Shown here piece by piece: positions 20,439 through 29,914 of a stretch of DNA of 64,000 bases; the first letter of the stretch is position 1; each line of letters starts with the position of its first letter. The stretch is from Desulfoluna sp. (GTDB lineage Bacteria > Desulfobacterota > Desulfobacteria > Desulfobacterales > Desulfolunaceae), in NCBI RefSeq assembly GCF_030145185.1, contig NZ_JAQYWB010000026.1, positions 7,454 through 71,453 of the forward strand. The letters run 5' to 3'. The position numbers were made by a program, and so were the translations under genes. The notes below the pieces were generated by a model. The model did not search any database. It saw only the letters and a program-made list of their open reading frames with translations, and had not been told where the DNA came from.

Positions 20439-20580
20439 GCCTATCGAAAATGTTCCTCCCAAAGCCCCTTGCCTGCATGATATCAAGCGATCACTGTAAA
20501 TATTGTTTACAGACCGTTTTCAACCGGTCAACATACCGAATCGGAAGAATAACGCATCACCCTCTGATCTGGAGAAATAC

Positions 20581-21540
20581 ATGCTGAAGTGGATTGAACA
20601 ATTCAACCGTCTGTTCGTCGTCTGGGCCGTTTTGATCTGTGTCGCAGCCGCCTTGCTGCCCAATGCCTTTGCCCCCTTAAAACCTCTTATCGTGCCCCTG
20701 CTCATGGTGGTCATGTTCGGCATGGGGGCCACCCTACGTGCCAGCGATTTTAAAGAGCCCTTAAAGCGCCCCCACATCATCATGCTGGGAGTCAGCATCC
20801 AATACCTGATCATGCCCCTGGCGGCCTACCTGATCTCCAAAGCCATGGGGCTCTCCACCGAGCTCATGGTAGGGATGGTTCTGGTGGGCAGCGTCTCCGG
20901 CGGTACCGCCTCCAATGTTGTGGCCTTTCTTGCGGGAGGGGATGTCCCCCTCTCCATCGTCATGACGGCGGCCTCCACTTTTCTGGCGGTCTTCCTCACC
21001 CCCCTGCTCACCAACTTTTACGTGGGCGCAACCGTCCCCGTGGCCATGCTCCCCATGTTTTTGAGTATCTTAAAGATTGTTGTAATCCCCGTGGCCTGCG
21101 GGATTCTTCTCAACACCCTGTTTCAGGACAAACTCAAAAAAATTCAGCCGATCTTCCCCTTTATCTCAGTGGTCACCATCGTCCTTCTGATCGGCATCAT
21201 CATCGGCCTCAACCAGACCCGCCTCTCAACCATTGCCCTGCCTCTGGCCCTGGCCATCATGCTTCACAACGGCTGCGGCCTCGCCGCAGGCTACGGGCTG
21301 CCGAAACTCTTCGGCTGCGATGAGAAAACCTGCCGAACCATCGCCATTGAAGCGGGCATGCAGAACTCCGGCCTGGCCGTGGCCCTCTCCCTGAAGTACT
21401 TTACCGCGGCCTCTGCCCTTCCCGGTGCCCTCTTCAGCCTCTGGCACAACTTGTCGGGGTCTTTTCTGGCCACGGTGTGGACCCTGATGGATGCAAAAAA
21501 AGAAGAAAAAAAGGGACACACCGTGCTAACGGCGCAATAG
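20581..21540 (+). CDS. bile acid:sodium symporter (BASS) family transporter
   Basis: 319 aa from MLKWIEQF (RBS GGAG). Hydrophobic 9-10 TM profile with BASS-like segments. Confidence 0.75.
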   Translation: MLKWIEQFNRLFVVWAVLICVAAALLPNAFAPLKPLIVPLLMVVMFGMGATLRASDFKEPLKRPHIIMLGVSIQYLIMPLAAYLISKAMGLSTELMVGMVLVGSVSGGTASNVVAFLAGGDVPLSIVMTAASTFLAVFLTPLLTNFYVGATVPVAMLPMFLSILKIVVIPVACGILLNTLFQDKLKKIQPIFPFISVVTIVLLIGIIIGLNQTRLSTIALPLALAIMLHNGCGLAAGYGLPKLFGCDEKTCRTIAIEAGMQNSGLAVALSLKYFTAASALPGALFSLWHNLSGSFLATVWTLMDAKKEEKKGHTVLTAQ

Positions 21541-21550
21541 ATCTGTTTGA

Positions 21551-21664
21551 AAAAAGACTCCGGCGAAGCTGCCGGAGGCCAAGTTCTTGAAAAATAACAG
21601 AAACAGGCTTAAAAAACAGCAGCGTATTCGCAATCCTGGGTTCAAAGTGGCGCACCTTACCGCC
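21551..21664 (+). repeat. degenerate composite repeat copy
   Basis: GACTCCGGCGAAGCTGCCGGAGGCCAAGTTCTTGAAAAA ... TTCAAAGTGGCGCACCTTACCGCCGGAAAC. Confidence 0.6.
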
Positions 21665-21737
21665 GGAAACTTTTTTTAAATTTTCCCTGCCGTAGCCTGA
21701 ATTTATCTCCATCACGGACTTGACAAAACACCCCGAC

Positions 21738-21772
21738 TTAACCAATACTACAGAGGTTACAGTATTGGTTAA
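21738..21772. promoter_or_regulatory. perfect 12-bp inverted repeat TTAACCAATACT-n11-AGTATTGGTTAA upstream of leuB (candidate operator)
   Basis: Seen in sequence. Overlaps a TTGACA -35-like hexamer at 21721. Confidence 0.5.
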
Positions 21773-21870
21773 CAAGACAGCTAAAAAAAACGCCCGGCAC
21801 GATGTCTTCCCGGGTGCTTATAGAACCCTGCCGAATCGGATGCGCCGATTTCGGCAACAATCATATTTAA

Positions 21871-22962
<1,092 letters not shown>

Positions 22963-22974
22963 GGGCCTGGAAAG

Positions 22975-23090
22975 CAAGCCTCCGGCGGCGAGGTGTGCCA
23001 CCTCGAAAGCGGGTTGCGAATGCTCCCAGCCCTCGTTCCTCGGGCTGATCACATTCGCTGATGGGCTACGCCCGTGGCCGGTCAGTGCTC
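22975..23090 (-). repeat. solo right-arm repeat unit with extended hairpin
   Basis: GCCTCCGGCGGCGAGGTGTGCCACCTCGAAAGCGGGTTGCGAATGCTCC...CATTCGC. Confidence 0.8.
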
Positions 23091-23116
23091 GTTTAGAGCT
23101 CAATAATAATGAAAAA

Positions 23117-23150
23117 AGGGGACACAGCAAACGCTGTGTCCCCTTTTTAT
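23117..23150 (+). terminator. rho-independent terminator (leuB)
   Basis: GGGGACACAGCaaacGCTGTGTCCCC followed by TTTTTATTT. Confidence 0.8.
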
Positions 23151-23159
23151 TTCATGAAA

Positions 23160-23252
23160 CCGAACTCGCATGGTAACTATTCAGCTTACGCCTCCGGCGG
23201 CCCTGATAGGAGGCTAAACCTCCGAAAAGCTTGATAAAAAAATCTTAAAAAA
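23160..23252 (+). repeat. solo left-arm repeat unit with outer GTAACTATTCAGC
   Basis: GTAACTATTCAGCTTACGCCTCCGGCGGCCCTGATAGGAGGCTAAACCTCCGAAAAGCTTGA... Confidence 0.7.
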
Positions 23253-23562
23253 CTCTTCTTGAATGCATTTTGTTTTAAATACGAATGTGATTTAATCAAA
23301 GTTATTTTGCAAAATCTATTTGAGCACAGTCCTAATTTTATATCGAAAGGGCCTTTTTGTGTTTCCGGTCGCATTCCGGCCTGCGTATTTTTTGATTATC
23401 AAAGCCGGAAATTGAGCTCAAACACGAGAAAGCATCTATGAAAATTCATGGCAAGGGCTACCCTTGCCGTGTGAACGCAGGGTTCTGTGTGAGGGCTGAA
23501 GAAGGGCTGATACCCCTGCTCGATTTTGTCCGGTTAAATTCCGGCTATTTTTGTCTTGACCA

Positions 23563-23590
23563 TATCGAGATAACGCGATATCTATATCGC
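23563..23590. promoter_or_regulatory. overlapping palindromes ATATCG-n8-CGATAT-ct-ATATCG abutting the ArsR start codon (candidate autoregulatory operator)
   Basis: Seen in sequence. The same ATATCG-aaaaaaag-CGATAT sits at 23948-23967 upstream of the OYE gene. Confidence 0.55.
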
Positions 23591-23899
23591 ATGAATATGG
23601 ATGAAATTTTCAAAGTACTTGCCAATCCTGTGCGGGTTCGAATTCTCTCTTGGCTGAAAGATCCGGATGCCCATTTTCCCCCCATGATTCATCTCCCGGA
23701 TGAAGAACAGGGGAAGGGATATGTTTGCGTCGGGTTGATTCAGGAAAAAGCGGGGGTGACCCAGTCCACGGTGTCACACTACCTGAACATGATGAGGCAG
23801 GCGGAGTTGCTTTCCTGTCAGCGGATCGGGCAATGGACCTATTACCGCAGGAATGATGAAACCCTCAGGCAAACTGCCGATTACATCGACAACCTTTAG
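23591..23899 (+). CDS. ArsR/SmtB-family transcriptional regulator
   Basis: Winged-HTH (FKVLANPVRVRILSWL ... GVTQSTVSHYLNMMRQAELL). Start at the internal MNMDEIF; the 5' part of the track ORF is AT-rich leader. Confidence 0.7.
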   Translation: MNMDEIFKVLANPVRVRILSWLKDPDAHFPPMIHLPDEEQGKGYVCVGLIQEKAGVTQSTVSHYLNMMRQAELLSCQRIGQWTYYRRNDETLRQTADYIDNL

Positions 23900-23947
23900 T
23901 TGTTCTTTGTTTCCGGCTTGGGCTTTTGAAATTTTTTATACCTCTAC

Positions 23948-23967
23948 ATATCGAAAAAAAGCGATAT
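23948..23967. promoter_or_regulatory. second copy of ATATCG-n8-CGATAT palindrome, upstream of OYE gene
   Basis: Seen in sequence, 33 nt before the ATG at 24000. Confidence 0.5.
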
Positions 23968-23999
23968 CTCAATTAATAGATACGCCTCAAAGGAATCTT

Positions 24000-25103
24000 A
24001 TGAAAACACTGTTTGACACAACACATATCGGATCCATGACCCTGAAAAACCGCCTGTGGCGTTCCGCTACCTGGATGAACATGGCCGACGAGAAAGGCCA
24101 TTTGACCGACCACCTGGAGCAGGTTTACCTGGATTTGGCCCGGGGTGGCGTGGGAACCATCATCACCGGCTATGCGTTCGTTCTTGAAGGGGAGCAACCC
24201 AATCCCGGGATGCTGGGAATCTATGATGATTCCTTTGTTCCGGAATACCGGGCTTTCACCGAAAAAATCAAGGCGGAAGGGGCCAACATCATCATGCAGA
24301 TCGTCTACGGTGGATCTGCCACTGATTTCAGACCTGAGAACCGGGAGATCTGGGGACCCTCAGCCGTTCCTCATCCTCTGTTTAAAGTCGTTCCCACAGA
24401 AATGACAAAAGCAAATATCCGCACAGTGATTGAGGCCTTCGCCCAAGGGGCAAAGCGGGCTAAAGCCGGGGGGTTTGACGGGGTTCAGATCCACGGTGCC
24501 CATACCTATCTCTTTAGCCAGTTCCTTTCCCCTTACTACAATCGCCGACAGGATGAATATGGCGGATCCATAGAAAACCGCGGCAGGATCATCTATGAAG
24601 CCCTTGAAGCTGTCCGGAAAGAGGTGGGACCTGACTATCCTGTGTTTATCAAAATGCATTGCTGCGATGACTGGGAAGAGAACGGCCTCTCCCTTGAGGA
24701 TAGCCTGGTTGTGGCGAAGGAACTTGAAAAAAAAGGGATTACCGGGATTGAATTCAGCGGTGGAAATCTGGATGTCCAGAATTACCCCAATGCGGGTCCC
24801 ATGCGCAACGGGATTTTAAAGACATCCAATCAGTCTTATTTCGCAGAAAAAACCGCAAGGATTGCCCAGCACCTGAACGTCCCGGTGATTTCTGTAGGAG
24901 GGAACCGAACACCTGAAAAACTGGAGAACATACTAAATACAACCCCCATCGGCTATTTTTCCATGGCACGCCCCCTGCTTTCCGAGCCAGACCTTGTGAA
25001 CCGATGGGAACAGGGCGACCAGGGGAAACCACGCTGCGTGGCCTGCAACAAGTGTTGGGGTAACGACGGCAACATCTGCATTCTGAACCGAGCGTCCCGA
25101 TAA
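24000..25103 (+). CDS. NADH:flavin oxidoreductase, Old Yellow Enzyme family
   Basis: 367 aa from MKTLFDTTHIGSMTLKNRLWRSA (RBS AAGGA). TIM-barrel OYE motifs (HGAHTYLFSQFLSP). GC visibly lower than the flanks. Confidence 0.8.
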   Translation: MKTLFDTTHIGSMTLKNRLWRSATWMNMADEKGHLTDHLEQVYLDLARGGVGTIITGYAFVLEGEQPNPGMLGIYDDSFVPEYRAFTEKIKAEGANIIMQIVYGGSATDFRPENREIWGPSAVPHPLFKVVPTEMTKANIRTVIEAFAQGAKRAKAGGFDGVQIHGAHTYLFSQFLSPYYNRRQDEYGGSIENRGRIIYEALEAVRKEVGPDYPVFIKMHCCDDWEENGLSLEDSLVVAKELEKKGITGIEFSGGNLDVQNYPNAGPMRNGILKTSNQSYFAEKTARIAQHLNVPVISVGGNRTPEKLENILNTTPIGYFSMARPLLSEPDLVNRWEQGDQGKPRCVACNKCWGNDGNICILNRASR

Positions 25104-25388
25104 AAGCGCATTCCCGAAAAAACCCGAATCGCGTTTTAAAAAAGAGAGGGTACACAGGGAGCACTGGCGGGGATAGGTGGACCTCCGGCGGACAGCGGTA
25201 CATTTTGTCCTTCCATGAAACCATAAAAAAAATCTTTCAAAGACGTCCGTCGTCGCTCAAATAATACCAAAAGGTGTGCAGTCCACCTCAAAGTACCTAC
25301 TTGTCTGCATCCGTAAGCCTGCTTATTATTGCAAAATAATCAACTGGCAGACATTTATCCACACGATAAAAACATAAGGATCCTTACC

Positions 25389-25886
<498 letters not shown>

Positions 25887-25894
25887 TAAGTGGG

Positions 25895-26060
25895 CCTGAA
25901 CGTAAGGCGGATGTGATTTGCCCCGAGGTACGAAGGGCGAAGCACATCCGCCTTTAAAACAAAATTCATCCGAAATGAATTTTTAAGACCTGTTTGTTAA
26001 ACTTTTCAAAGCTTTAGCCCCGACAGGGCCGCCGGAAGAATAATCTGAATAGTTACAAAA
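25895..26060 (-). repeat. partial composite repeat, reverse orientation (core fragment + left arm)
   Basis: GGCGGATGTGATTTGCCCCGAGG ... reverse complement of GCCTCCGGCGGCCCTGTCGGGGCTAAAGCTTTGAAAAGTTTAACAAACAGG. Confidence 0.7.
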
Positions 26061-26123
26061 CAGCCTTATGCTCTCCCGTCTTTTTAGGTAAATTAGCCAC
26101 CCCTACCGCCGCATGCAGATTTT

Positions 26124-27266
26124 CTACAAAGCTTGAATCCACACAAAGCAACTCGCCCAGCGGGTGTCGCGCAGCTGTTCCAAAAGATCGCCGTAGCTGA
26201 AAGTGCGTCCGTCGTTCTCGGACAAGGGGGTGACAGAGATGGGGGCGTGGGGAGTCCCGGAATGTATTGGCTCAGGATCCCATCGGACAAGAAGCATATC
26301 CCGGCTTCCGTGAGCGGAGTCAGGGATCGCTTCAAGCCCTTCGTAAAAATTTTCATCCGGGAACGTAAGGGGAGAAAGCGAGTCCACAGGCCGATTCGTC
26401 ATCAGAGAGAGCACCTGCCCCGACTCGGAGACATGATAAAGGGAAAGAGAACCGGTGGGCTCAGGCGGAGAGAGATGAACCTGATAAGGGCTACCGGACG
26501 CCAGAAGGCCCTCGGGGGTGACCCCTATGCGCAAACCCTTATTCTCAGTCTTTTCCACAAAGCAGAGACGAAACCACGCATCGGTGTCGACAGGATAAAC
26601 CGCAGGGTCAACCCGAAGGGTCCACCCCCCGTGTCGCCTGACCAGATGAAATTGCGAGGGAAAGACCCCGGCGGTCGCCAGCTCCCGTGCGAGGGGAAGG
26701 GCCGCCTTATAGCCCTCGCCAAACGCCAGGGGCCGTTTTAAGAGGTGTTCACGGTCCGCAGCCACCTTTTGAAAAAGGGTGCGGTTGTCGTAACCCAGGG
26801 CCACATAATACCGACCCGAAGCCCGGGTCCGCTTCACCATCGTAAGATGACTCAAGCTGACCCGGCTCTCCAGATCCACACGAAAGTGAGAAGAAAACAT
26901 ACGGCCTGAAGCGCCCCGCTCCGCAACCACCTCACCGGTAGAGTGAACGCTCACCCGAAGAGCCTCGGCAATCTCCCGCGACGCCTCCGACCGGGCCGAG
27001 GCCATGCTGTCTCCCTGCCCGTATCCCACCAGCACATGCGCAGGTGCCCCCACATCCCTTGCCACATACCACCCCGGCCCGCCACACCCCTGAAACAAAA
27101 ACAAAAGCAAAAATATGCCTGCAGAGAAATGCCTCCGGCGGCCCTGCCGGGGGCCAAACTTTTGATCCGCCTTCGCCCGAGGGCTACGGCGCGACAAGAA
27201 AGTTTGACAAACAGGTTTTAAAAACTGATTTTTCGATTTCGAGATAAAATCATTTCGACTCGGCAT
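26124..27266 (-). CDS. putative lipoprotein (LPP20/DUF4384-like), start uncertain
   Basis: Signal peptide with lipobox (RRRHFSAGIFLLLFLFQGC). The N-terminal ~45 codons of the track ORF lie inside a repeat element (27126-27266); an alternative TTG start exists near 27197. Confidence 0.6.
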   Translation of the reverse strand: MPSRNDFISKSKNQFLKPVCQTFLSRRSPRAKADQKFGPRQGRRRHFSAGIFLLLFLFQGCGGPGWYVARDVGAPAHVLVGYGQGDSMASARSEASREIAEALRVSVHSTGEVVAERGASGRMFSSHFRVDLESRVSLSHLTMVKRTRASGRYYVALGYDNRTLFQKVAADREHLLKRPLAFGEGYKAALPLARELATAGVFPSQFHLVRRHGGWTLRVDPAVYPVDTDAWFRLCFVEKTENKGLRIGVTPEGLLASGSPYQVHLSPPEPTGSLSLYHVSESGQVLSLMTNRPVDSLSPLTFPDENFYEGLEAIPDSAHGSRDMLLVRWDPEPIHSGTPHAPISVTPLSENDGRTFSYGDLLEQLRDTRWASCFVWIQAL

Positions 27267-27310
27267 GTGCGTTCACCTTAAAAAAATGTAACCATTCAGC
27301 TTCACCCTGT
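27126..27310 (+). repeat. left-arm repeat unit plus auxiliary units, overlapping the 5' end of the lipoprotein gene
   Basis: GCCTCCGGCGGCCCTGCCGGGGGCCAAACTTTTGA...GTTTGACAAACAGG ... GTAACCATTCAGC. Confidence 0.75.
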
Positions 27311-27559
27311 CTCTGGCGGGTCTCTTTTTGAAAAAAATTTCGCAAAAACGTTTCAGCCCGTAGGGTGCGGCTCCCGCACCGTTCAACGTCACGCAAACCA
27401 CCGGACCCGTCTCAACACTTATCACGAAGTGCGGCGTTGCAGGTTTATCAGACGTTAAGCGGTGCGCACGGCGCACCCTACATTTCACATCGACACGGTT
27501 ACCAAAGGACAGACCCTTTATACGGTTTTCTTCCTCATCGACCCTGGCGCATCGGTGTG

Positions 27560-27770
27560 AGGCGATTGGGTGGCATGAGCTGAACAGTTACCATTGTGCA
27601 CACTCACCGCTCATACACTTGCGACGCATGATGCATTCCCTTGCCTGTCGCGCGAATGCGTACGCATTTCAGCCCGGAATGACGACACCCAAATCGCATT
27701 CGCAAACCCGCTTTCAAGGTGGTTTTTGCTACAGTGGCTTCGCCACCTTGCCGCCGGAGGCATGTTTTTA
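27560..27770 (+). repeat. right-arm repeat unit with outer GCTGAACAGTTAC and auxiliary GGTGGTTTTTGCTACAGTGGCTTCGCCACCTTGCCGCCGGAGGC
   Basis: Seen in sequence. Ends 7 nt before the caspase-gene stop. Confidence 0.75.
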
Positions 27771-27776
27771 CCCCCG

Positions 27777-29528
27777 CTATTCAAAGCGCAATCTCATGTG
27801 CAGGTTTCCCCTGGCTGTAGGCTCCTGGAGTTGTGTGCCGCCCCGGCTCCGGCTGATGCGGCGGGTTTGTTGGGAAACCCGTTGGTAAAGGCTCTCCAGG
27901 GTGTCGTGATCGTTCATGAGCTCTTTCATGAGAAAATAGCTAAAGAGACGATGGCCTTTTTCGGGGTACATGTTGGAGAACTGGCGATCGGTACCCGCGG
28001 TGATTACGGCCATGCGGCGGTCATCGAACCCGATGGCTTTTGGTACCAGCCGTGTGGCGGCCCGGCCGTTCCCGAAAACCGAGGTCCCATCGGCCACACC
28101 GGTAAAACAGCTGTCCATAAAGACCACGATCTCGGCGGCCCGGCTTTGGCTCAGGGTCTGAAAGAAGGTATCGATCCGGAAAAAAGGTGACTCGTGAATA
28201 AAATCCGGGGCCTGATCCCGGGCCAGGAGATACGGAGCGCCCCCGTCTTTAAGTGAAGGGAGGCCGTGACCGCTGTAGTAGACGTAGATGCGATCGCCTT
28301 CGCCCACATCACGCAGGAGAAACCGGAGCTCATCTTGAATGGAGGCAGCGGTGGCCGGAAAGGTCCGCCCTTTGAGCCCCTTGATCTCTGTGGTTCCGTC
28401 ATCATTCAGCAAAAAAACGTTTTCGGCCGGGACGCCCAGGCGGTTCATGGCCACCCGGGTAAAAAGCTCGGCGCTGCGTCTTGAGTAGGCAATGGGGCTG
28501 GCCTTGTCGTAAGCCTCGATGCCCATGGCAAAGAGCCAGGTGGTGAGATGGGGATCGAGAGGGCGACTCGATTTCAAACGGCCGGGAAGGTCATCCTCAT
28601 AAGAAAGGGGGTCTTTTTCATTCCGGTCATTCGAAGCGCCAAGGGCCGCTTTGGCCAGCACGCGCTCGCCGACCGATGCCAGGGGCACCTTTTTTTCAAA
28701 GGTTTTCCACCCTGGCTCGTCCAGGGCCAGAAAGTCAGATCGAAGATCCGGGGAGAGCTTGAGAAAAGAGGGACGCCGTTCAGATCCCAGGGTCTTAAAG
28801 GCCATGACCTCCTCAGGTTTGAGGCCAAATTCCCGGCGATACCAGGGCATCAGATCAATGGACACAGCAGCCGCCCCACCGCCGCATGCGGCGGTGACGT
28901 AAAGGGTCCCCGATTCGAGCAGGGTGTCGGTCAAAACGGGTCGATACCGACCGTTTCCATAAGCCCTTATCGCCACCGGACGTCTCTGCTCATCCAAAAC
29001 CGTCACGAGGGTTTCATCCGACGCATCAAAGGTAAGGATTTTTCCGGTTTCATCGTTTATTTGACGGCGATCCAACACCTCATAGTCCACAGGTGCCCAG
29101 AGGTAGCCCATCAAAAGCCAGGACCTCAGGTGGCGGTCGTAGAGTCGTTGCCGCATCGCCTCTTCCCCGTCGGGATCTCCCCACCCGGTAAAGAGCCTCT
29201 TGACGCACCAGACGGGAGTCACCACGAGCCCGGCCACCGTCGAGAGAGCGGTCCCCAGGATCAACCGGGCATCCGGTTCGTAATCGTAAATGTCCAGACG
29301 AGTGACCTCTTTGGCCTGGACCTGAATTTTTGCCACCCGTTCAGGGACATGTTTTTCCGTCATGACCCGAAAGCCCTCGTCTTCAGGGATCACGGTCACC
29401 TGGCAGGCGGCCAGGGCCAAGCCCTGGGCGGCCCCCCAGGGTTCGCTCTCATATTCAAAGGAAAAACGCCTGCCGGAGCATGAATTAAAAAGAAAAAGAA
29501 CAATCAGTATGGGCAAAACACGTTTCAC
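27777..29528 (-). CDS. caspase-domain (peptidase C14) lipoprotein with ~330-aa N-terminal domain of unknown function
   Basis: N-terminal signal peptide/lipobox (MKRVLPILIVLFLFNSC). C-terminal caspase His and Cys dyad contexts YYSGHG and FMDSCFTG. Confidence 0.75.
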   Translation of the reverse strand: MKRVLPILIVLFLFNSCSGRRFSFEYESEPWGAAQGLALAACQVTVIPEDEGFRVMTEKHVPERVAKIQVQAKEVTRLDIYDYEPDARLILGTALSTVAGLVVTPVWCVKRLFTGWGDPDGEEAMRQRLYDRHLRSWLLMGYLWAPVDYEVLDRRQINDETGKILTFDASDETLVTVLDEQRRPVAIRAYGNGRYRPVLTDTLLESGTLYVTAACGGGAAAVSIDLMPWYRREFGLKPEEVMAFKTLGSERRPSFLKLSPDLRSDFLALDEPGWKTFEKKVPLASVGERVLAKAALGASNDRNEKDPLSYEDDLPGRLKSSRPLDPHLTTWLFAMGIEAYDKASPIAYSRRSAELFTRVAMNRLGVPAENVFLLNDDGTTEIKGLKGRTFPATAASIQDELRFLLRDVGEGDRIYVYYSGHGLPSLKDGGAPYLLARDQAPDFIHESPFFRIDTFFQTLSQSRAAEIVVFMDSCFTGVADGTSVFGNGRAATRLVPKAIGFDDRRMAVITAGTDRQFSNMYPEKGHRLFSYFLMKELMNDHDTLESLYQRVSQQTRRISRSRGGTQLQEPTARGNLHMRLRFE

Positions 29529-29914
29529 ACGATGTCTCCAGATAGATGGCGTGGCGGATTGAAATCAGCCTGCAAGGGGCAACAACACGCGGCCCTTAAA
29601 AAACGACAAAGCCATGGGTTAACGTATCATTCTTAATCTGGGTATCGGCTGAGAACCCCTCTTTCTGAAGCACCTTACGAGGTCAGAGGACTTTTGATGG
29701 TACAGAAAGCAGCGGATATGATAAAGTGGAGTGTTGGTTTGCTCCACCAGCTGCGGTTTTTTGATTGGCAGCCCTGAGTTGCCGCCTTGAAAAAGCTGCG
29801 TCTTGCGTCATTCTTCCGGTGAAGTGAAGCGTGCTCCTCAGGAGTCAACGCCCTCTCCCCTCCGGGTCACAGCACGATGCACCCATACCTTAACATTGTT
29901 AGAGGCCTCATCCC

